From contig OZ024741.1 in the NCBI GenBank assembly GCA_964016885.1, positions 226,486,001 to 226,550,000 of the forward strand: a stretch of DNA of 64,000 nt, in the 5' to 3' direction. Position 1 is the stretch's first letter. Every line of letters begins with the position of its first letter. Position numbers and translations under genes: made by a program. Below are positions 28,241 to 42,842 of this stretch, one piece after another. The notes under the pieces were generated by a model, which had not been told where the DNA came from, did no database searches, and saw only the letters and a program-made list of their open reading frames with translations. The stretch is from Eledone cirrhosa (lineage: Eukaryota).

Positions 28241-28399
28241 GTTTATAGTTATAAAAGGTTGGTTTCTGCATTTTAATTTATTCTTTTAATTGATATGTAT
28301 TCTCCATTCCTTTCGTAGATAATATGTTTTTCAGTCTGGTGGTATTCTATCCCCTATAATTGAACATATACCTCTTTATGCATCTCTCTCTCTCTCTCT

Positions 28400-29080
28400 T
28401 ATTTCCCACTCTTAGTACGGCTGTTACTTAAATATAAGTATGTATACGTACATACATATATGTATACAGACGTACAGTAGTATGTATATATATATATATA
28501 TATATATATACATACATACATGCACACATATATATATGTACGTATGGATTCACCGAACATTTATTATAATGCTCGATGTGTTTGGAAACGAACATCCCGT
28601 ATTAAGCCGTAGTGTCTAGCAACCATCGTTGCTCTTTTGCTCAACACTGACAAAGGAACGCTGTACTAGTTTCAAACTTATTAGCTATCGTCAGCAACGT
28701 ATACCTTCCTGCGAGATTGTTGAACGTATATAATTACCTTATGCATATTAACGGCTGAGTAGCCCAATTTGCATATCGAGTGGGTTAATCAGCCGGGTGC
28801 ACCGAAATCGATAAACGGAAAAAATGAAACGAAATGAAGCGATAGCTGATAAGCTTGAAACTAGTACAGCGTTCCTTTGTCAGTGTTGAGCAAACGAGCA
28901 ACGATGGTTGCTAGACACTACGGCTTAATACGGGATGTTTGTTTACAATCACATCGAGCATTATAATAAATGTTCGGTGAATTCATACGTACATATATAT
29001 ATGTGTGCATGTATGTATATATATAAATACTACTGTACGTCTGTATACATATATGTATGTACGTGTACATACTTATATAT
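28400..29080. mobile_element. Fold-back pair of the 440-bp ACTAGT-HHR unit (minus full copy plus partial plus-strand copy)
   Basis: HHR on minus strand at 28649-28712; inverted duplicate from about 28840 truncated at the catalytic core. Confidence 0.85.
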
Positions 29081-29555
29081 ATATATATAACGAAGGAGGT
29101 GTGTTAAGGAGCCAAATAGACCATAACGCACCAAAGTACTCAAAACTTAGGGGAGTAGAGTGGGTAATAGGAAAGTGTTTAACCTCGACGGCAGAGCTCA
29201 AGCCGTTTCGACGGCTATTTCTGGAATAGCTAGAGCTCTGCCGTCGGAGTTAAACATTTTCCTATATATATATATATATATATATAGGGCGGTGCCCCAG
29301 CATGGCCTCAGCCGGATGGCTGAAACAGGTAAAAGAGATATATATATATATACATACTATGTTAGACTATATATATGTGTTTATAAATATATTATATCTA
29401 TATTTTTGACCGTTGGTCAGTCAATGGTAAACATTGAGGACAGAATGAATTAACTATGTAGATATAACAGATACAGAAGCGAAAACCAACCAGACAGTGT
29501 GTTCTGTTATTATTTCTGGGAATATTATTACAACAATATGACCCTCCCCAAGTAT

Positions 29556-29595
<40 letters not shown>

Positions 29596-29632
29596 ATACT
29601 TGGGGAGGGTCATATTGTTGTAATAATATTGT

Positions 29633-29671
<39 letters not shown>

Positions 29672-29679
29672 TGTATGCA

Positions 29680-31250
29680 TGTGTGCATGTTTGGTTTTAT
29701 TAGTTTAGGAATTTCCACCAATAGAGAGGGGGAGAGTCGGATTCTAACATAGAAACAAAACTTTTATTGGAATTTAGACATCTACTCGCTAAACACATTA
29801 GGAACATGTGTGTGTGTGGGGGGGGGGGATCTGTATGCTTTGAGTTATATGTGTACATGCGCCTCTGGTTCTGCGTCTATATATATATATATATATATAT
29901 ATGCGGCTAGTACATGCTGAATTTCTGAAATGTTTTACTTATTTTTACAGTTCTATTAATGGACTGAACTTGCAATGTCTTACCTGTCACTTATTACTAT
30001 ATATGATCTGTTATGTTTATTTTTAATGGGGTTTTGACTGGAACATTCCATCTCTACTCTTTCATACTATGTAGGCATATTTCCTCCGCATTACTGTAAC
30101 CTTTACATCTTTATTCTCAGGGCAATCTTTTCTGCGGATTGCATTGTATAGTGTTGTGGCCACTTCATCGTGCCCCATATGTAAATCATGATTTCTACTA
30201 TAGGCATAAGGCCAGCAATTTAGGGAGAGGGGAAAGTCGATTAAATCGACCCCAGTGCATTACTGGTACTTTATATTATCGATCCCTTAAGGGTGAAATG
30301 CAAAGCTAACCATAGCGGGATTTGAACTCAGAACGTAAAGAGCTGAAACTCTGTGCCGCGCAGCAGGGTCACCGACGCTCTATCGATACTGTCAGTCCAC
30401 TACCTCACGTATAAATAATTGTTTCTACTTTTGGCGCAAGGCCAGCAATTATCCCAGTACATTACTGGTGCTTTATTATATCAACCCCATAGGGATGAAA
30501 GGCAAAGGTAACCTCGGCGGGATTTGGACTGAGACCGTAAAGGGCCGTTACTCTATGCTGCAAATCATAGTGTCCGATCCTCTACCGATACAATGGACAG
30601 CTGCTTATGATGATGGTAACATCCACGATCTTCACGGAGTTTGCATCTGTTCTTATATCAAGGTATCTCTATCTCCTTTGTGTACCAAGTATTACATTGT
30701 TAGTTTTTGTTCTTGGCGTACAAAAGCGTATCTTTCAAAGTAAGAGCCAATATTCCGATTTTCGGTACAAGTTAGGTTAGTTTGCTTATCTATTTGAGGC
30801 TTTATGGGAACATAACGGTACATTTTTTTCTGATTAGGATGCAACCCCGACAGATTCATAACAGGATTGCTGTACAATTTCCCGGTGTATGAGGTTTTGC
30901 AGTGTGTATTACTTAAGGAGCTCCTTCTCAATTCTCATGATGGTATCAATCTCATGGAGACAGACTTGTTCCATAGACATATTTCTACGCTTCGGGGTTC
31001 GTTGATTGTCAGAGGGACATGATGCGACACTCAAAGCAGTGTAGATTGATATTAAGTCTCTGAATCCTTCTTTACATTTCAGGTAGAGGCGGTCTACAAT
31101 ATAGCGTCTATATCACACCAACTGTGATATAGACTCTATATCACAGTTGGTGTGGAAATGTCCGATGTTGGTTAGAACTTATCGAGTTTAAACATCATTG
31201 CTTTCACATCATTATCTCATCTAACGTCCAGTCAAGTAGTCCAAATGTTG
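29680..31250 (-). mobile_element. Old degenerate R4-clade LINE 3' part carrying two Nin-SINE insertions (30190-30590)
   Basis: Collinear similarity to 31340-32760 (CTGGAACATTCCA, CAAAAGCGTATC.TTCAAA, GATGCGACA.TCAAA, AGGCGGTCT). Confidence 0.75.
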
Positions 31251-31258
31251 GGTGTGTG

Positions 31259-31292
<34 letters not shown>

Positions 31293-31337
31293 TGTATGTA
31301 TGTATGTATGTATGTATGTATGTATGTATGTATGTAT

Positions 31338-34300
31338 ATTCTTCTGGTTTTATAATTTCACAAAGTTTTACCAATAGAAAGAGAGTCGGTTTCTAACATG
31401 GATACAAGACTCTCTCATTGGAATTTACACAACATCAACTAGGTAGATATGTATGTATGCATGCATGTGTAGATATGGATGTTACTGTATGTGTGGATGT
31501 GTATGTTTTGAGTTGTATGTGTGCATGTGTATATGCTTTGCATTTGTACATGTGTATATGCAGTTAGTAGATGCAACATTTTTGGAATGTTTTACATATT
31601 TTTACTGTTCCATTAATGGATTGTACTTGTAATTTCCTAACTAGTTGTGTTCTTTCTGTTCCTGTGTACCCTAGCTTCTCAAGATTTGTATTGAGGCAGT
31701 GGCTAACATACCCCAGTGCCCCAATAATCACAGGCACAAGTCTGAAAGTGTAATCAGGGTGGAGTATCTGCAGATTTCTCATCAGTTCTGCATAAATATT
31801 CTCCTTTTCACTAATCTTTGATATTATATGGGCATCTGCTGGGCAGCTAATTTCCACTACTGTGCATGCTTTCTTCTCCCTGTCACATATCATAATATCT
31901 GGTCTGTTATGCCTGCATTTTATTGGGATTTTTACTGGAACATTCCACCAGTACTCTTTTATATTATGTACATGGATGTCTTCCACATTGCTATAGCTTT
32001 TAATGTGTTTATTATCGGGGAAATCTTTTTTATGAACTGCATTGCACAGTGTTTTGGCCACTACATCATGCCTCATAGGTAGATAGTAAGGCAATTAGAT
32101 CTTTGGACAGCTGCTGATGACATGGGTGATATCCTCGATGTTAGTTCTGCAGAGTCTGCACTTGTTATCACATCTAGGTGTTTTGCCTGCATCCCTATCT
32201 CTTTTGTGAATCAGGTATTTCGTGTTAATCTCCTGTTCTTGGATTGCAAAAGCGTATCCTTCAAAATGGGAACCAATATAGCGGTTGTTGGTCCAAGATA
32301 GACTACTTTCCTTATCTATATTACTCTCACTCTGGAGCTTCCTGGCAACATATCCATGCATGAGCTTTTGCTGATAAGTATGCAGTTTTTCATCCATGGA
32401 TTCACTGCGATACTGCTGAGCGACTTCCCTGGGTGTGAGTTTTTGATTATCACACAGGGAATATCTCTCGAGGAGTTCATTCCCAACTCTCATGATCTTA
32501 TCTGTTTCATGCAGATAGACTAGCTCGAGAAACGGACTCCTACGCTTCGAGGTTCGTAGATGTTGTCGGAGAGATATGATGCGACATTCAAATGTTGTCT
32601 GGACTGATGTTAGGCCTCTGCCTCCCTGCTTACGTTTCAAGTAAAGGCGGTCTGTGTCACTGTTGATGTGGAAGTTTCCGGTGTTGTTTAGTATTTTTCG
32701 ACTTCCAACATCATCAGCTCGGATTTCGTCTATCGTCCAATTTAGTATTCCAAACGTTGGTGTTAGGACAGGTACAGCAAACACATTGTGAACCACCGTT
32801 TTGTTTTGCGCAGAGAGTTCCGATGACCAGATCTTTCTTAATCGGGTGTAGTATTCCCTGGTTACGCGTTCTTTATTACAGATACCATTATATGATATGT
32901 TCTCATCTATCCCCAGGTATCTGTAGCAGTCCTCATCAGATATCGGTGAAACAGTTAGGCCATTGATGACAACGTTGCTAGATTGGGTTTTTGTTTTTAC
33001 CCCTTTACAGTCATGTATGAGCATTTATCTTGGCCAAACTCCATTCCTATATCCTTTGAGAACGTTGTAACCAGGTCAAGATTTTTCTTCATCCCATCCA
33101 TGTTCTTGGCTTAGAGTTTCAGATCGTCCACAAATAAATTATGGGTTAGGTTCGTATTTCTGTCCTCCTGTGAGCCAATGATGTATCCCTCACATTTCTT
33201 GAGCAGAAAGGACAAGGGGCTTAATGACAAGATGAATAATATCAAAGAGAGACTGTCCCCCTGAAATATACCTCTGCAATATTTTATTTTATCAGGGAAA
33301 ATAGAGTCCTCCCTTTCTGTCTTTAACCTTAGGATAGTAGCCCAAGAAGAAGACAGCATCTCTATGGCTCTGACAATAATGTCTGGGACATTAGCAAGTC
33401 GGAGGGCCTCTATCATCCAAGAGTGGGCAACAGAATCGAAAGCTTTCCTATAGTCAAGCCAGACTGTAGCCATATTCCTCCTAAGTTGTCGCACCTCCGA
33501 CATCGAAGTTTTGTTGATTAGGCGTTGTTCAACACATCACCAAACCACTTTCTTTCCAGCTGTGATTTTCACAGTGATCTTGGAGCAATAGGTTCAGGCA
33601 GGCTGTATACATCTTATACATCAGGTTCTGGCATGCAATGGGTCGGGAGTTTTTTGCCAAGTGGGTGTCTTTGTTCTTGGGGACCAGTAATGTTTGTGCT
33701 AATGTCAACCATTCTGGTATAAGTGTATCTCCCTTAAGAACTTGTTGGTAGAGGTCAGTAAGATACCTCCGATAGAATATCAGTTTTTTGTACCAGTAGC
33801 CGACAATCATGTCTCTTCCTGGTGTTTTCTTATCTTGGAGTTTTCCTATCACAGTCTCAAGGGTACCCTCACTTATTTCGTATGTTTATGTTGTAGTGTA
33901 GGAGAAATAGTTCTTTCGGATTTCTCTTAGCCACACTGCATCTTGGTTGAAATTCTTCTTTTCACCCATATTTTGCTCCAAAAGGAATCTGTCTTTCTGG
34001 GATGGGGCCTCAGTGACACTTATTATTTTGCCCTTCATATCTCTATAGACTGATGTTTGGTTTCGTCTGAATCTTTTATTAAGCACTTTTCCCTCATCTA
34101 CCTTCTTCAGGTATCGGCGTTTTTCGCTAACAGCTCTCAATTCTTGTTTGAGGGTGATCAGCTTATATTGGAGAGTTCTGGTTCTACTGTTATCAAACAT
34201 CGTCTCTATTATATTTTTCACTCTTTGTTGATGAGGAGTGAGGTTTTTTTGTGTTTGTTTGCATGTAAGGAGCATTGTCACATATCCTTTGTTTTTTCGT

Positions 34301-34610
34301 AGGTCAGCAATCTTTTTTTATATTTTAGTTATACATGATGGTATTTTTGGTGGTGTTCTGTTCTTGTTAATATCTCTGCTATCACCAAGATAATGTTTCA
34401 CTGTCGTTGCTAAGGAATATAAACAGGCGTTCATTTGCCAAAATATTGGGGTTTTTATCCGTCGTAAATATTCATCCCCTATTTCGTCAATAACACGTAA
34501 TATTTCATTATTTTGTTTTTTATTAAACATTGTCGTTTTAATACGTTCAGCAAGAGAGAATTAATTTCTCTGTGGAAGATTTCGCTGAGGGAAAATTTAA
34601 ATTGTTTATA
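31338..34610 (-). mobile_element. R4/Dong-clade non-LTR retrotransposon, 5' truncated, between (TATG)n tracts
   Basis: RPIACQN, WLDYRKAFDSV, RGIFQGDSLS, FVDD, YRYLG; KCRLC..H..C, RHD, RPD..EISCP..K...Y REL endonuclease; stops and frameshifts. Confidence 0.93.
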
Positions 34611-34659
34611 CTATGTATGTATGTATGTATTTATGTATGTGTGTATGTACGTATGTATT

Positions 34660-35195
34660 ATGTGGGGTTGCCGGTTTAGTTGCCGACGACCCGACCATGC
34701 GACAGATTGTTCTGGGTTACATGTTACCAGTAGCACTCAAGAGTGATCCGACATAACTTTACTTGGTGAGGAGTGTGATTTTGGACACCATGCAGGACGA
34801 AAAAAAAACAAAACCTGACAAAGAGCGGAAGAACTCATAAGAAACAACGGCCATCCGAAACTGTGTAAATATGTATATAGACATCTACCGCGCGGTTAAA
34901 CCACTGGGAGTGAAGGCCTTTGTCAGGGTATTCCTCTAGGAGAAGGCAACTCAGGAAACTGGGATAACTCCGATATAAAACATGCGGCTCAGTAGTTACC
35001 GATGATGTTGATCTTTTCTTCTTTTCGGGTTATAGCTACTGTCGCTCAGAGAGTGGGACTGGCTCAGTGCACAGTCTTTCCTCACTTTAAAACATATCTT
35101 CACGCACAGGCATTGCACGATAGAATTATTTAATAATTATTAATAATGGTATATCGTGCAATGGACATACTCGATAACGAGGGGGCAGCCATTAT
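34660..35195 (+). mobile_element. Non-autonomous LINE-derived element with inverted 5' module, ending in hairpin plus TATG
   Basis: 34660-34757 is the reverse complement of 53280-53372; body similar to 53380-53675; 3' end shared with 48960-49120. Confidence 0.7.
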
Positions 35196-35219
35196 GTATG
35201 TATGTATGTACGTATGTAT

Positions 35220-38200
35220 TGTTTTCTCTTTCTCTTAATTTCGAGTATATTCTTTTTGACCGGCCACCTTCCTGGTGGCAAGGTTGTAAAAGAAAAGAAA
35301 TTGTCATCCCTTGAATCGCAATAATGTTTTGCAAATTTTGAAGGTGCCAGCTATCGCAGCCATTTGTAGACTATGAATTAGGGAGCTGCGCTTTTTGTCC
35401 GCAAATCCAAGTTCAGTCATACTTTGGTCCAAGCGGGTTGGTATATAACCCGTAGCACCAATAATTGTTTCTACTTTTGGCACAAGGCCAGCAATTACCC
35501 AGTGCATTACTGGTACTTTATTTTATCGACCCCGTAAGGATGAAAGGCAAAGTGAACCTCGGCGGGATTTGAACTCAGATCGTAAAGGGACGTAACTATG
35601 CTGGAAAGCATAGCGTCCGACTCTCTACCGATACTGCCAATAGCACCAATAATGATGGGTATGAAGCTAAAGGTGTATCTTGGATACTGGATTTGTAAAC
35701 TCCTCATCAATGGTCCGTAGATGTCTTCCTTCTCCTGTATTTTTCTGACAACGTTTACATCAAGTGGGCAGCTGATCTCCACAACAGAACACGTTTTCAA
35801 TGTGTGGTCCCAAACTACAATATCAGGCCGGCTGTGCTTTAATTTGGTGGCAGTTTTTATTTTCAGGTTCCACCAGTATTCCTTAGTGCCATCTGTCTCA
35901 ATATATTCTTCCTCGTTTGTTGTTAATATTGTTTTCCGAAGTGCGTTCCAGATGGTTCTAGCTATTCCATCGTGTCTCATGGGGAGGTAGTAGCGAGATG
36001 ACATTCTTTCGCAGCTGGCAACAATGTGGCTTACATCCTCGATCTTTGTTTTACATAGCCTACATTTATTGTCAGCTGCTGGCCCTCCTCTTTTGTGCAG
36101 CAGATATTTGGTAGGGAGTTCTTGTTCCTGTATTGCATAGAGGTATCCCTCAAGGTGTGATGTCATAAACTTGTCGGAACTCCATGCCAGGCTTTTTGAG
36201 TGGTTTATCCCCTCTATGGACTGTGTTTTACGCCTCAAGTATCTATGCACAACTTTTTCTGTAAATTGGTCAATTTTATTTTCTTGTTTGAACATTGAAG
36301 AGGATCTTCCTATTTCTCTGGGTGAGAGATTTATATCAGGCTTTATTCCATATCTCTCCTCCAGATCAGTCGCTATTCTAATGATATTTCTTTTTTCATG
36401 CTCATAAACCTGGGCAAGATGGTTGCCAACCTTTTTCCTCTGTTGAAGGTGTTGCTTCAGTGTTACTATCCGGGTCTCATATGTTGTTAATATTGATTTT
36501 AGACCCCGGCCACCTTCCTTGCGTGAGAAGTATAGCCTATCCACATCACCAATGATGTTAAAGTTCCCCGTAACACTGAGAAGTTTTCGAGTTCTAACAT
36601 CCATCTCACTTAGTTCTTGCAATGACCAGTTCAGTAGGCCAGATGTTGGCGTTAGAATTGGCACAGCATAAGTATTGTGGGCAATGTATTTGTTGTATGC
36701 TGACAGTTCTGATGACCATATTTTCTTTACTCTTCTGAGATATTCAGTTCTGGTTCTCTCCTTATTTATGGGTCCATCATATCTGACATTCTCATCCTGT
36801 CCAAGATATCTGTAGTTGTCACCTGACTGCAGAGGTTGTATTTCCAGGCCGTTCATCTCTAGATTTCTAGAGGAGGGCACAGCTCTTCCACGTTTTACTG
36901 CCAAATATGCACACTTGGACTCACCAAATTTCATTTTGATGTCGGTTGAAAATTGTGTAATGAGGTCCAATTGTTTCTTGATGTCATTGATATTTGGCCC
37001 ATACAACTTCAGGTTATCAACAAAGAAAAGATGGGAGATACTTCTGGGCCCACTTCTTTGTCCACCTTGTTTCCTGAGTAGGTAAGATAGTGGATTCAGT
37101 GAGAGAACGAAGAGTAGCACTGACAAACTATCACCCTGAAAGATGCCCTTCTGGTAATGTATCTTATCAGTCTTAACCTGCTCCTTCTCACCTCTAAGGA
37201 TCAAATTGGTGTACCAGTTCTTGATCAGGCGTTCAACAGCAGCTACCAATGGTTGTGGGACTTTAGCTAACTGTAAAGCCTTAATAATCCACCCATGAGG
37301 TACACTATCAAATGCTTTTTGATAGTCCAGCTACACGACAGTCATGTTTCTGCGATTCTTTGTTGTTTTTTCCTGAATCATTTTGTTAGTTAGTAGGTGA
37401 TCTATGCAACCCCACACCTGCCTCTTTCCACCAGCTTGCTCAGGTTTTACGATGTTGTTGGTAGCACAGTGATCCTGTAAGAACTGGTTAAGGCACCCAG
37501 TATATAATTTATACATGATGTTTTGGCAGGCAATTGGGCGGTAATTTTTAGCAAGGGTGGTTTGGCTATTTTGGGGAATGAGGAGAGTAGTGGCAGTTGA
37601 TAACCATCTGGGCAGTTCTTGTGTGCCTTTAATGGTTTCTGTAAACAGCCGTATGAGATCTTGCCGATAGAAAGTGAAATTCTTCAACCAGTATCCTGTA
37701 ATGAGGTCTGGGCCTGGCGATTTCCTATTCGACATTTTCTGTAGAGCTGTTACCAGTATTGACCCATCTATGTCATATTGTTTTGTCTGGACATGTTGGC
37801 AGTAGTCCTGTTCCAGTTCTTTTAGCCAATTAGCTTGTCTGTTGCATCCGTCATCCGTTTCCCATACAGATCTCCAGTAGCTCTCAACCTGTTCTTTTGA
37901 AGGGTTGTCGTTTACAGGGATTGAGCTTTTGCCACCGAAGCTGCGATAAACTGATTTAGGATCTCTGGCAAACAATCTATTTAGCACTTGTCGTTTATGT
38001 GCTGTTGACTTATATTTTAGTCTTTCTGTTGTAGCTGTGAGTTGTTGTTTCAACTGGTGTAATTTGGTGTTCAAAGTTTTAAATTTTGTATCTCCAAATC
38101 GTCTCTCTAAACTTTTTCTTTACGTCTTCCTGGTGTCGTGTGAAGTTGCTCTCTATGTTGCATTTCATAACGACTGCGATGTGTGAGATACTTCGTCTCA

Positions 38201-39403
38201 GGGACAAAATTTTGGTTTTTAAATTTCGCATCCACGCTGGTTCAGACTTTCTGTTTGTATCTTGATTGCGTGGTTTTAGATGTGTGTTATATGATAGCAA
38301 TGTGACAGCTGAAACATATAACAAAACATTAAGCGTTTCAAATGTCGTTTCTACACCTTTAGATCGTATAGCCTTCAGATAATTGCCAGCTATTTCGTTC
38401 ACCGCTTCCAATTCCAATTTAGTGGGTTCTTTACTCACTCTAGTGTTGTATGGTCTGTCACTCACATTAAGGCTGTGTATCTCTTGAAACATATCGTTCC
38501 ATATCACTTGTAGGGTGCCCACAAGTTTTTGGTGCTCTGTTTGTTCAGTAGAGTCATGAATTTCAGCCTCGTTGTTGATATGGTGACAATTACTACTAGA
38601 ATCAGCTGATTTTTCTCGCTGTTCTTCAGTGGAAGTGGGATGGATTTCGGCAAAATTGTTGGTGAGCTGTTCACTGTTAGATTTAGCTGGCCATTCTCTT
38701 TGTCTGTCAGTGGAGGTGGGGTGGTTGTCTACAAGGGCTGTATTTGTAGTATCACTCAATTCCATTAGATGTATCAATTTACATCTAATGATACGTTTTG
38801 CCTGTTCATTTAAATGCTTTGGAAAAAAGTCTAATTCTGGGTGATTGGAGTTCCATAAAGTTTTTAGCCTTTGCATAAAACCGAACTTTTGGGGTTCAGA
38901 TTGTTTGTATGCTTCATATAATACTTTGTTAAGCTCGTAGCTCTACTGTGTACAACGGTTGTAGTTCCGATTTGGTCGAAGGAGACATGTACTTTTTGCC
39001 ATGATGAGTTCGTCTATTCACTAATATTTCGTATTTATTTTTCAAAATAGTCGATGATCTTCTTTAAAAGTTACGACAAAGTTCTGTCAGAATCAAATTT
39101 AAAGTTATTCACATCTTGGGTAATATTTCTTTCCAGTTAGTTTTTAATTCTACAACTGTGTTTTAAACGTTGTTCTTGAATCGTTTGAATCGAGAACAAA
39201 AAGAACCGTTACTTAGTATATTCCTTTATGAATGTAATATAATATAACAACGCTGTATTTATATGTTAAAGTTTATATATCATTCATATAAATAGGTTTT
39301 CACAACATATTTACAGTTCAAACACTTATATTTTTGTTTCTGAATCGAAAACGTTACTTGTATATTTCTTTATAAATGTAATATAACAACGTTGCATTTA
39401 TTG
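35220..39403 (-). mobile_element. Near full-length R4/Dong-clade LINE between (TATG)n tracts
   Basis: ORF probably starts ATG at 39002 (MAKST..ELNKVLYEAY..GFMQRLKTLW), then RT (QGDSLS, FVDN) and REL endonuclease (KCRLC, RHD, RPD, EISCP); few stops; 3' UTR hairpin GCCACC agga AGGTGGC. Confidence 0.95.
35466..35640 (-). mobile_element. Nin-domain SINE inserted in the R4 ORF with 13-bp TSD
   Basis: TAGCACCAATAAT at 35453-35465 and 35641-35653; site is uninterrupted in the sister copy near 51105. Confidence 0.92.
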
Positions 39404-40042
39404 ATGTATGTATGTATGTATGTATGTATGTATGTATGTATGTATGTATGTATGTATGTATGTATGTATGTATGTATGTATGTATGTATGTATGTATGTA
39501 TGCATGTATGTATGTGTGTATTAAAATATCCAATGAGACATGGTTGCATTTCATATCGGATAATATAGAAATGCGAGGCATTTTGAATTGCACTCTACGT
39601 AGGTTATTGATTATATTTCATAACCAGGATACTATTAATAAATATTGAGTGAAATTGTTGGATAAATAGCAAACTGAACCTATAATACTTATGAAGGATT
39701 ACTTGAGAACTCAAGTTAATAGATCACTCACCCTCTGCTTATGCATGGGCGTAAATGTTTTAGGACTTAGAATAAAATATAATAAAAGCCTTTGATGAAA
39801 TAATCTAAACATCAATTACATTAGTCTCTACTTTTCGCCGGCGAAACAATTGTAACACACAATAAATTGAGTTCAGAACATCACTGATTTTTCGTTTTCT
39901 ATTCTATATATATATATAAGTTTATCCTGGGTTCAATCGGGGATAACCACAGTAAGTAAGGTACTCAATACAAAGCAGAGTATAAATATTTAATATAGAA
40001 AAGGCTTCTACAGGACAGGAACTGTTTCATTCGAGAGAAATG

Positions 40043-40197
<155 letters not shown>

Positions 40198-40309
40198 CGT
40201 GCGTGTGTCTGTGTGTGTGAGTGTAATATATAGTGTATGCATGTTCATATGTAAGACTGAATATATATTTATATATAAATATATATGTAGTATATATATA
40301 TATATATAT

Positions 40310-40822
40310 AAGTATGTATGTATACGTACATACATATATGTATACAGACGTACAGCAGTATGTATATATATACATACATGCACACATACATATACGTACG
40401 TAAGGGTTTACCGAAAATTTATTATGATGTTCGGTTTGTTTGTAAACAAACAAACAGCCCGAATTACGCCGTACAGTGTTCAGGCAACCATCGTCGCCTT
40501 TTTGTTCAACACTGACACAGGAACGATGTACTAGTTTCAAGCTTATTAGCTATCATCAGCATCGTATACCTTCCTGCCAGATGATTGAACGTCTGAAAGT
40601 ATATACTTTCCTTATGCATATTAACGGGTTGAGCAGCCTAATTTGCATATCGAGTGAGTTAGTCGGCCGGGCGCACCGAAAACGATAAATGGAAAAGAAT
40701 GAAACGAAATTTCCTTTCTCACTCTTAGTACGGCTGATACTTATATGTAAGTATGTATGTTTGTATACGTACATACATATACTAAGGGTGAGAAATGAAA
40801 TTTCGTTTCATTCTTTTCCATT

Positions 40823-40825
<3 letters not shown>
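40310..40825 (-). mobile_element. 440-bp ACTAGT-HHR unit, divergent copy with covarying stem I
   Basis: HHR at 40514-40578 ACGATG-CTGATGA-TAGCT aata AGCTT-GAAA-CTAG-TA-CATCGT; terminal redundancy 40311/40750; short inverted end 40781-40825. Confidence 0.88.
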
Positions 40826-40908
<83 letters not shown>

Positions 40909-41773
40909 GAAAAATTGAACAGGGACAGAACAGAGAGGCAGTACGATAAATGTTTATATATATATATATATATATATATAGGAGCGAGTAGGACCCACTC
41001 TACTACCCTAAGCATTGAGTACTTTGGTGCGTTATGGTCCACCTGGTTCCTTACCACATTTCCTTCGTTATATATATATATATATATATTTATAATTCTA
41101 TATATATATTTATAATTCTGTTAATAATTATATTGACAGATTAATTGCATAAGTTTATTTTAAAAACTACCCTGTTGAGTGCTTATTCGATTTGTGCTAT
41201 TTATGCAATTTTTTGCATGATTTACACATACTGAATTCATTTAGCAAAATCTGGGTTTTTCCCCCTTGTAAGTTACACATGTGCTTTTACAAAGCTCTAC
41301 GTCATTCACAAAGTTGGTGCTGAACAAAATACCTGTTGATAACGTGATATTCCTTGTTGGATCATTATACCAAAAGCTTATAGTTTTAAGCAGACAGTAT
41401 TATTGATTTAGGTGTCATAGAAACCCTGCATTTGGATTTTACCATCAATTCCAATAGGTCCAAGTCTGTTTTCATCATTTATTTTGTTTTGACACTGTTT
41501 AGCTTGATTTGTTTTTTGGCTTCGGTGGTTAATGCCCTCTTGACCACTCTTTCAGTTTGTATACCTTTTTAACATATTGTTTAGCTCTGGTTTTTTAACT
41601 ATGGAGCGCTTGCCAGCATAACTCTGATTTTGCGTTTCGTTTCGCTTTTTCTACCAGCCGGAATGCGATTCTCGCTGAATTTATATTTAGATATATTTAT
41701 GTATATATTATAGGGTAACATGACAGGAGGTTGGACAGGTTGTATTCCTTTAAATTTGGTGAACCACCAAATT

Positions 41774-41849
<76 letters not shown>

Positions 41850-41923
41850 CGCGCATACATAATAATGAGTTGGAACTATTATTGACAGTCGCGTGATTGA
41901 GTATTCAATTGTTTTCTATCAGA

Positions 41924-42527
41924 CTAGCAGTGGTACCCGACGTTGCACGGGATAAGGTATTTTGGAACGCGGGCCGCCAATAGACCTAATCGTGGAAAAC
42001 TGCATGCCTGGACAATATGTAAAGAAAATAAACCGAATACTCTGATGGCTGGATAATCTTTAAGATTTTCCTCAATGAAGCAGGAAAAATTTAGGTTTTC
42101 ACCTAATGCGGGCCATAGGGGATCAAGAAAATGAATTTTTTTTATGTGCATAATATGCCTTGAAATTTCGGGAAAATCGGCTAGACGTAACGCCTCAAAA
42201 AGCCCTAAAAAGCTGAAAAATGAAGTTTTTCACCTAATGCGGGCCCTAGGCCATAAAAAAGTTGGATTTTCTTTGTTCACGGTATGACCAAAAGACTGAC
42301 TAATACATGGTTACAATTTCAAGGAAATCGGTTTGACGTAACGCCCCAAAAAACCTCTAAAAACTGGAAAAAACGTAGTTTTTCACCTAATGTGGGCCTT
42401 AGGGGATCAAAAAGTTGAATTTTTTATGTGCCGAACACTCCCTGAAATATAAGTAATACACATGTAAAGTTTGAAAAAAGATCAGTTGGGTACTTCTCGG
42501 GTTTCACACACAGACACACACAAACAA

Positions 42528-42570
<43 letters not shown>

Positions 42571-42638
42571 CACACATACACACATTCACACATACATACA
42601 TACATCCTTCCTCAGTTTTATATATATACATATATAGA
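41924..42638 (-). mobile_element. Non-autonomous Helitron with internal tandem repeats
   Basis: On minus strand: 5' TCTATA, 3' hairpin CCCGTGCAACGTCGGG then CTAG, between A and T; three internal TTTTCACCTAATG.GGGCC units. Confidence 0.8.
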
Positions 42639-42639
42639 T

Positions 42640-42842
42640 TAAAATAACAGATTAAAGTTTAAGCAAATAATCGTTGCTTTCACCCTTAACGGGATCTTCT
42701 GAAACTAAAAACATCAATCTGTGAACGCAGAAGTAAATATTTCGAAAAACGTTGCAACCGAAGGAAAACAGGAAGACGATACTTTGGTTCGTGAAGACGT
42801 TCCCTGGCAATGAACGGAAAATAGCGAACATAATACGTCATC
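42640..42842 (-). mobile_element. CAGAAGA-HHR repeat copy
   Basis: Matches 16960-17140; HHR at 42657-42705. Confidence 0.8.

Noticed and set aside
41330-41400. U3-A8 hammerhead relic (CCTG-TTGATAA..AAAGCTTA..TAAGC)
   Set aside because: GAAA and NUH are both lost; too decayed to call.
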